Of a stretch of DNA of 64,000 nt, positions 58,992-64,000 are shown piece by piece; position 1 is the stretch's first letter, and the number at the start of each line of letters is the position of its first letter. The stretch comes from Verrucomicrobiota bacterium (GTDB lineage Bacteria > Verrucomicrobiota > Verrucomicrobiia > Limisphaerales > SXQI01), in assembly GCA_033762115.1 (NCBI GenBank), contig JANRLX010000093.1, positions 1 to 64,000 on the forward strand. Reading direction: 5' to 3'. Both the position numbers and the translations under genes were made by a program. The notes under the pieces are model-generated. The model ran no database searches. It saw only the letters and a list, made by a program, of their open reading frames with translations, and had not been told where the DNA came from.

Positions 58992-61331
58992 GTGTTCAGT
59001 GGTAGCTTCAGCTTTGCGGCCCGGGATTGGATTCTCCCCGCTTCAGTGGCAGCGATCCTGATTTTGTTTCTTTCAGCAGTGACCTACTGGCGAGTCACAG
59101 GCCCTTTTTGGGTTAAGGTAACCTGCTATTTTTTTCGCGCTTTGGGTGTTTTGATCCTTACCTTTTGCCTGCTGGAACCCACCATCAACAGTTCCAGGCC
59201 CAAGCCAGGCTCAAACCATTTTGCCATTCTGGTGGACACGAGCGAGGGAATGCGGATTGCCGACAATGGACAACCGCGCTCGAATGTGGTGCGCAACACT
59301 TTATTGACCGATTCTGCGTGGCTGAAGGAATTGGAACAGACCTTCCAGTTGCAGCCTTTCTCTTTTGATGTGCGCCTTCAGCCTGCGCGCGATTGGAACG
59401 AGTTGATGTTTGATGGACGCGCCACCGCGATGGGAAATGCCCTTAAAAGCCTCGCGCAACGGAGCAAGGGCCAACCCCTTGCCGGAGTGCTTTTGCTGAC
59501 AGATGGAAATGCCACAGATATTTCCGGCGAGTTGCCGGATTTTGCAGGATTGCCGCCGGTTTATCCTGTGTTGATTGGGGATGAAAGCGCGCTCAATGAT
59601 CTTTCACTACTTGAAACAAGCGTCAGCCAAACTGCATTTGAAGATGCGCCGGTCACGATCCAGGCAAATGTGAAAGCAGCGGGTCTTTCCGGCAAAAGTG
59701 CAATCGTGCGATTGATCGAACTCGGTTCCGGCAGTAGTTCAAACAAGGTTGTGGCCGAGGAGAAGCGGACAATCAAAAGCAACGACGAATCGCTGACCTT
59801 TCGTTTTTTAGCCCGGCCATTGAAAACAGGGCTGGTTTTTTATCGTGTGGAAACCATGCTCGAGGGAACGGAGGCCTCGGAAGCTACATTGGTGAATAAC
59901 AGTCGGAGTGTGGTCGTGGACCGTGGCAGCGGTGAGCATCGAGTGCTTTACTTGAGTGGGCGTCCCAATTGGGAATATAAGTTTTTGAGCCGGGCTTTGT
60001 CTGATGATGATAAAATTCATTTAGTAGGCTTGATTCGGATTGCACGTCGTGAACCGAAATTTGCTTTCAAAGGCCGTGCGGGCGAATCGAGCAACCCGCT
60101 TTTCCGTGGATTTGATCGGCAGGATGAAGAGACAGCACGGTACGATCAACCAGTTTTGATTCGCATGAACACTCGCGATGCGGATGAATTGCGTGGAGGG
60201 TTCCCGAAACTTCCCGAAGATTTGTTTCAGTACAAAGCGGTAATCCTGGATGATGTCGAAGCCGGGTTCTTCACTGCGGACCAGCAGCAACTTCTGCAAC
60301 GATTTGTCAGTGACCGTGGTGGCGGACTATTGATGCTGGGGGGGCCTGATTCACTTCAACTCGGCAAGTACCATCGCACGCCGATTGGTGATATGCTTCC
60401 GATCTATTTGCATAGTGAAGAAAATATGGTCCCTTCCTCCGAGTTGCGCCTTGCCTTGACCCGGGAGGGGTGGCTCCAGCCATGGTTGCGATTGCGGGAC
60501 AACCAGAACGATGAGAGGACCAGGCTCGAAACCAGTGCGCCGTTCGAAATAGTGAACACCGTCGAAAGAATCAAACCGGGAGCGCTTGTCCTTGCCAATG
60601 CAGTCGATGCGTCAAATCGGTCCTATCCAGCGCTGGCAGTGCAGCGGTTTGGAGCGGGGCGCACAGCCGCGCTGGCGATCGGGGATTTTTGGCGTTTGGG
60701 TTTTGGGGAAGAACAGGCCCAGGCGGACCTTGGCAAGGCCTGGAGGCAGATGGCTCGGTGGATGGTGGCGGATGTTCCTGAGCAGATTGCCGTTGAAGCG
60801 GTACCTTCGAACGAAGCGCCTGGCGCGATGACGCTTCGGGTGCGGGCCCGGAACAAAGCCTACGAACCAGTTGAGAGTGCCACGATCAACCTGCGTGTTG
60901 AGCAGGTTTTTCCTCCCTCCACCAACTCGCTTCAATTAAGCGCGGAACCAACCCAGGAGGATCCTGATCTTTTTGCCAGCCAGTTCATTTCGCGAGACAA
61001 TGGATCGTTCAAGGTCACCGCCCAGGTCAATGATTCCAACGGGGCCCTGATCGGCGAAGCTGCGGCAGGCTGGGCAACCGATCTCGCCGCGGAGGAGTTT
61101 CGCTCATTACAACCTAACAAGGCATTGCTGGAATCCATCGCCCGAAAAACTGGTGGGGAGTTGCTGCGTGTTCCCGATTTACCCAGATTCGTAAAAAAAC
61201 TGGAAAACAGCAAAGCTCCCATTGTCGAAAGCTATACCATTGCTGCCTGGCACAATCCCCTGGTTTTCATTCTCGCGCTGGCCTGTTTCGTTGCGGAATG
61301 GGGTTTGCGCCGATTTAAAGGAATGTCGTAG
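58992..61331 (+). CDS. membrane protein with vWA and class-I GATase-like domains
   Basis: N-terminal TMs, DTSEGM/LLTDG vWA motifs, GRPNWEYKFL, FV..RGGGLLMLGG, EW.LRR..G C-terminal anchor. Confidence 0.75.
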   Translation: MFSGSFSFAARDWILPASVAAILILFLSAVTYWRVTGPFWVKVTCYFFRALGVLILTFCLLEPTINSSRPKPGSNHFAILVDTSEGMRIADNGQPRSNVVRNTLLTDSAWLKELEQTFQLQPFSFDVRLQPARDWNELMFDGRATAMGNALKSLAQRSKGQPLAGVLLLTDGNATDISGELPDFAGLPPVYPVLIGDESALNDLSLLETSVSQTAFEDAPVTIQANVKAAGLSGKSAIVRLIELGSGSSSNKVVAEEKRTIKSNDESLTFRFLARPLKTGLVFYRVETMLEGTEASEATLVNNSRSVVVDRGSGEHRVLYLSGRPNWEYKFLSRALSDDDKIHLVGLIRIARREPKFAFKGRAGESSNPLFRGFDRQDEETARYDQPVLIRMNTRDADELRGGFPKLPEDLFQYKAVILDDVEAGFFTADQQQLLQRFVSDRGGGLLMLGGPDSLQLGKYHRTPIGDMLPIYLHSEENMVPSSELRLALTREGWLQPWLRLRDNQNDERTRLETSAPFEIVNTVERIKPGALVLANAVDASNRSYPALAVQRFGAGRTAALAIGDFWRLGFGEEQAQADLGKAWRQMARWMVADVPEQIAVEAVPSNEAPGAMTLRVRARNKAYEPVESATINLRVEQVFPPSTNSLQLSAEPTQEDPDLFASQFISRDNGSFKVTAQVNDSNGALIGEAAAGWATDLAAEEFRSLQPNKALLESIARKTGGELLRVPDLPRFVKKLENSKAPIVESYTIAAWHNPLVFILALACFVAEWGLRRFKGMS

Positions 61332-61371
61332 AGGCATTTACCTCCGGGCCATTCTTTGGCATGTTCACGCA

Positions 61372-62169
61372 GTGGAGCCGCTGATTAAACTTTCTTCCCC
61401 AGCAACAAAGGAATTTTGGAAAATCCCAATTCTGTTTGAGGACGAAACTCTCCTCGCCATCGACAAACCGGCCTGTCTGCTTGTTTCTCCGGATCGGTAT
61501 GATCCGGAACGGCCCAATATCATGAAGCTGCTCCACGCAGATATTGCGCGAAACGCTGAATGGTCACGCTTACGGAAAATCAGCTACCTTGCAAATGTGC
61601 ATAGGCTTGATTTCGAAACCAGCGGAGTGCTTCTGCTGGTGAAGGCCAAACCTGCTTTGATTCACCTTGCAGACCAGTTCGGATCAGAAAAACCGCATAA
61701 GAGATATGTCACGCTGGTCCAGGGGCATCCCCCGGAGGAGATGTTCGAGGTGGACGCAAAAATTGCAATGCACCCAATCAAGGTGGGCTTGATGCGGGTT
61801 GATCCCAAGCAGGGGAAACGTTCCCGCACGAAATTTGAAACGGTGGAACATTTTAAATCCTACACCTTTTTAAACGCTTTTCCTGAAACAGGGCGGACGC
61901 ATCAGATCCGGGTGCATGCAAAACATGCAGGTGTACCGATTGTTGGCGATGAACTTTATGGAGGCGCACCGCTGCTGCTTTCAAATCTTAAAAAAAATTA
62001 CAGTTTTAAACGTGGGGAAGAGGAGCGGCCCTTAATGGGAAGGGTGGCTCTTCATGCAGAATCGCTCACCATCACTCATCCGGTAACCGGTTCGGAGATT
62101 ACCATTGATGCTCCAATGCCAAAGGATCTGGAAGTTTCGATCAAGTACCTCAGAAAATTTGCGCAATAA
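61372..62169 (+). CDS. RluA-family pseudouridine synthase
   Basis: DKPA, HRLDFETSG, TGRTHQIRVH, PIVGD.LYG, LHA. GTG start inferred. Confidence 0.92.
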   Translation: MEPLIKLSSPATKEFWKIPILFEDETLLAIDKPACLLVSPDRYDPERPNIMKLLHADIARNAEWSRLRKISYLANVHRLDFETSGVLLLVKAKPALIHLADQFGSEKPHKRYVTLVQGHPPEEMFEVDAKIAMHPIKVGLMRVDPKQGKRSRTKFETVEHFKSYTFLNAFPETGRTHQIRVHAKHAGVPIVGDELYGGAPLLLSNLKKNYSFKRGEEERPLMGRVALHAESLTITHPVTGSEITIDAPMPKDLEVSIKYLRKFAQ

Positions 62170-63582
62170 TTAAATTTTCTTGAGGCGAGGCCCTTTCGGC
62201 GTGTCTTCAATGACCCAGCCTTTGGCCTTCAACTCATCGCGGATGGCATCGGACCGTTTAAAATCTTTGGCTTTTCGGGCAGTCTGCCGTTGCTCCAGCA
62301 AATCAATAAGTTCCTGAGGCACCTCTTCCGTTTCAGCCTTTTTGAGAATGGCAAAAACCGCATCAATCTGCTCCCATGTTGCCAGGGCATTCGCGGCGTC
62401 GTGTGGCAAAAACCTGCTCTCTGAGATCAGCCTGTTTGTGTCCCGTACCCACTCAAAAAGGGACCCCCAGGCCCCCGAAACGTTGAGATCATCATCCATC
62501 AATTCTGTGAATTGAGCCATGACCTGAGGATTGGGAGTGCCCTTTTCTCCACCTGCCAGTTCCCGGAGCTTGAGCAGTTGCTCATCAATCCGATTAAGAG
62601 CTGTGCGCGCTCCATGCAAGCCTTCCAGTGTAAAATTAAAGGACTCCCGGTAATGGGCGGCGAGCAAAAGAAAACGCACTTCACGGCCCTGAAAACCTTT
62701 GGCAACCAGGTCGCGAAGAGTGAAGAAATTGCCGAGTGACTTGGCCATCTTTTTTCCTTCAACCAGAAGGTGCGCGACATGAGCCCAATACTTCACGAAT
62801 TTTTCGCCCGGTTTCTGTAATCCAGCACCCTCGCTCTGTGCAATTTCATCTTCATGATGCGGAAAGGCGAGATCCTCACCACCCAGATGCAAATCAAAAC
62901 TGTTACCCAAAAGATCCATGCTCATGGCGCTGCACTCAATATGCCAGCCTGGCCGTCCTTCTCCCCAGGGACTTGCCCATGAAATTTCCCCATCTTCCGG
63001 GACACGGGCCTTCCACAAAGCAAAATCCGCCACGCTTTCCTTTGCATACTCATCCGAACTGACTCGCTCACCCACGCGCATCTCCTCAAAATTCAGGTTC
63101 ACCAGCTGCCCGTATTTGCAGCCGCAACCGATATACTTGCTGATGCTGAAGTAAACCGAGCCATCGCTGGCGCGGTAGGCAATGCCGCGTGCCATTAATT
63201 TTTCGATCAATGTGATGATCTGGGGAATGAAATCGGTGGCATGTGGGAGGTCATGCGGTCGCTTGCAATTCAGGAGATCGAAATCCTCCAGAAAAGCCTT
63301 TTCATATTCTCCCGTGAACTCTTTGAGCGGACGTCCGTTCTGGCGGACGGAGGCAATGATCTTGTCTTCCACATCAGTGATGTTCATGACGTGACGGACG
63401 TTGAACCCGCGGAATTCCAGGTAGCGCCGGAAGAGGTCACTGAAAACAAACGTCCGGAAATTGCCGATATGGGCAAAATTATGGACGGTGGGGCCGCAGC
63501 AGTACATGCTGACTTCATTCCCCTGCAACGGGCTGAACTCTTCCAAACGGCGCGTCAATGTGTTGAATATTGTGAAAGACAT
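62170..63582 (-). CDS. cysS: cysteine--tRNA ligase
   Basis: CGPTV, HIGN, DFALWK, GRPGWHIECS, FPHHEDE, KMAKS. Confidence 0.97.
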   Translation of the reverse strand: MSFTIFNTLTRRLEEFSPLQGNEVSMYCCGPTVHNFAHIGNFRTFVFSDLFRRYLEFRGFNVRHVMNITDVEDKIIASVRQNGRPLKEFTGEYEKAFLEDFDLLNCKRPHDLPHATDFIPQIITLIEKLMARGIAYRASDGSVYFSISKYIGCGCKYGQLVNLNFEEMRVGERVSSDEYAKESVADFALWKARVPEDGEISWASPWGEGRPGWHIECSAMSMDLLGNSFDLHLGGEDLAFPHHEDEIAQSEGAGLQKPGEKFVKYWAHVAHLLVEGKKMAKSLGNFFTLRDLVAKGFQGREVRFLLLAAHYRESFNFTLEGLHGARTALNRIDEQLLKLRELAGGEKGTPNPQVMAQFTELMDDDLNVSGAWGSLFEWVRDTNRLISESRFLPHDAANALATWEQIDAVFAILKKAETEEVPQELIDLLEQRQTARKAKDFKRSDAIRDELKAKGWVIEDTPKGPRLKKI

Positions 63583-63663
63583 TGCAAAGCAGAAGGGTAT
63601 CGGCCTTCCCCAAGAAAAGGCAACTGGGTTTGAAGCCTTGGATTCGATTAAGCTTTCCCAGGC

Positions 63664-63700
63664 AAAAAGAAAACCCCGTCAAGCGTGGTGCCTGGCGGGG
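63664..63700 (-). terminator. probable terminator after pfk
   Basis: CCCCGTCA...TGGCGGGG stem with A-tract on the left. Confidence 0.55.
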
Positions 63701-63722
63701 ATAAAACGGTATGGGATTGGGA

Positions 63723-64000
63723 TTATCTTGGGGGCAAGGTTTTGTCCACCGGACTGCGATCCAAGATTGCGTAGCGCGGCAAGCCGCCATCCATCGGGAT
63801 TTTTGGCTCTCCTTCAATCAATGGTCGGGCGTATTCGACGAATTTTTCGTTCGGCATGAAGCCATCTTCGCTAAGCCAGTCTCGCGGGAGGAGATGAACT
63901 GCATTGGCGATGTCGTTCAGGTCCTGCACGTCTGTGCTGAACTTTGTCCCGGACCGCACCAATTTGATCATGAAACCACTCTTGCCTTCAATTGCGGCAC
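63723..64000 (-). CDS. 6-phosphofructokinase (likely PPi-dependent group), C-terminal part; runs off the window
   Basis: Open to the window end: AAIEGKSGFMIKL...IAN....P..W........F..YARPLIEGE......GLPRY. Confidence 0.75.
   Translation of the reverse strand, partial: AAIEGKSGFMIKLVRSGTKFSTDVQDLNDIANAVHLLPRDWLSEDGFMPNEKFVEYARPLIEGEPKIPMDGGLPRYAILDRSPVDKTLPPR

Overview
Gene-dense bacterial chromosomal segment, mostly core genome. Gene content and protein styles (PVC-type dehydrogenase-domain protein, 'Y.IEST.NL..W...RYFR' C-terminal domain, PUR-repeat protein) suggest Verrucomicrobiota; this is an inference. About 60 CDS: xylonate dehydratase, yihY-M50-tmk-tmk-tatA-tatA-tatC, acyP, GT9, rtcB-scpA-scpB-pheA, nadD-rsfS, nfo, E1-beta/E2, priA, GH2, thiH, a partial T2SS/T4P operon, msrB, rluA, cysS and a partial pfk, plus one tRNA-Tyr(GTA). 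I found no CRISPR array, integrase, transposase or prophage. Most interesting: (1) a coupled Deg/HtrA protease and pseudoprotease pair abutting a stand-alone DUF3506-like (FBXO31/EXECUTER) mini-domain; (2) a tandem pair of non-canonical thymidylate-kinase-fold proteins; (3) a ~1186-aa secreted protein split at a G6 tract; (4) a 56-aa tatA missed by the ORF track; (5) sigma54-like promoters, two with identical spacing to the start codon; (6) an AT-rich secreted ORFan after priA. All family calls are motif recognition by eye, not database searches.
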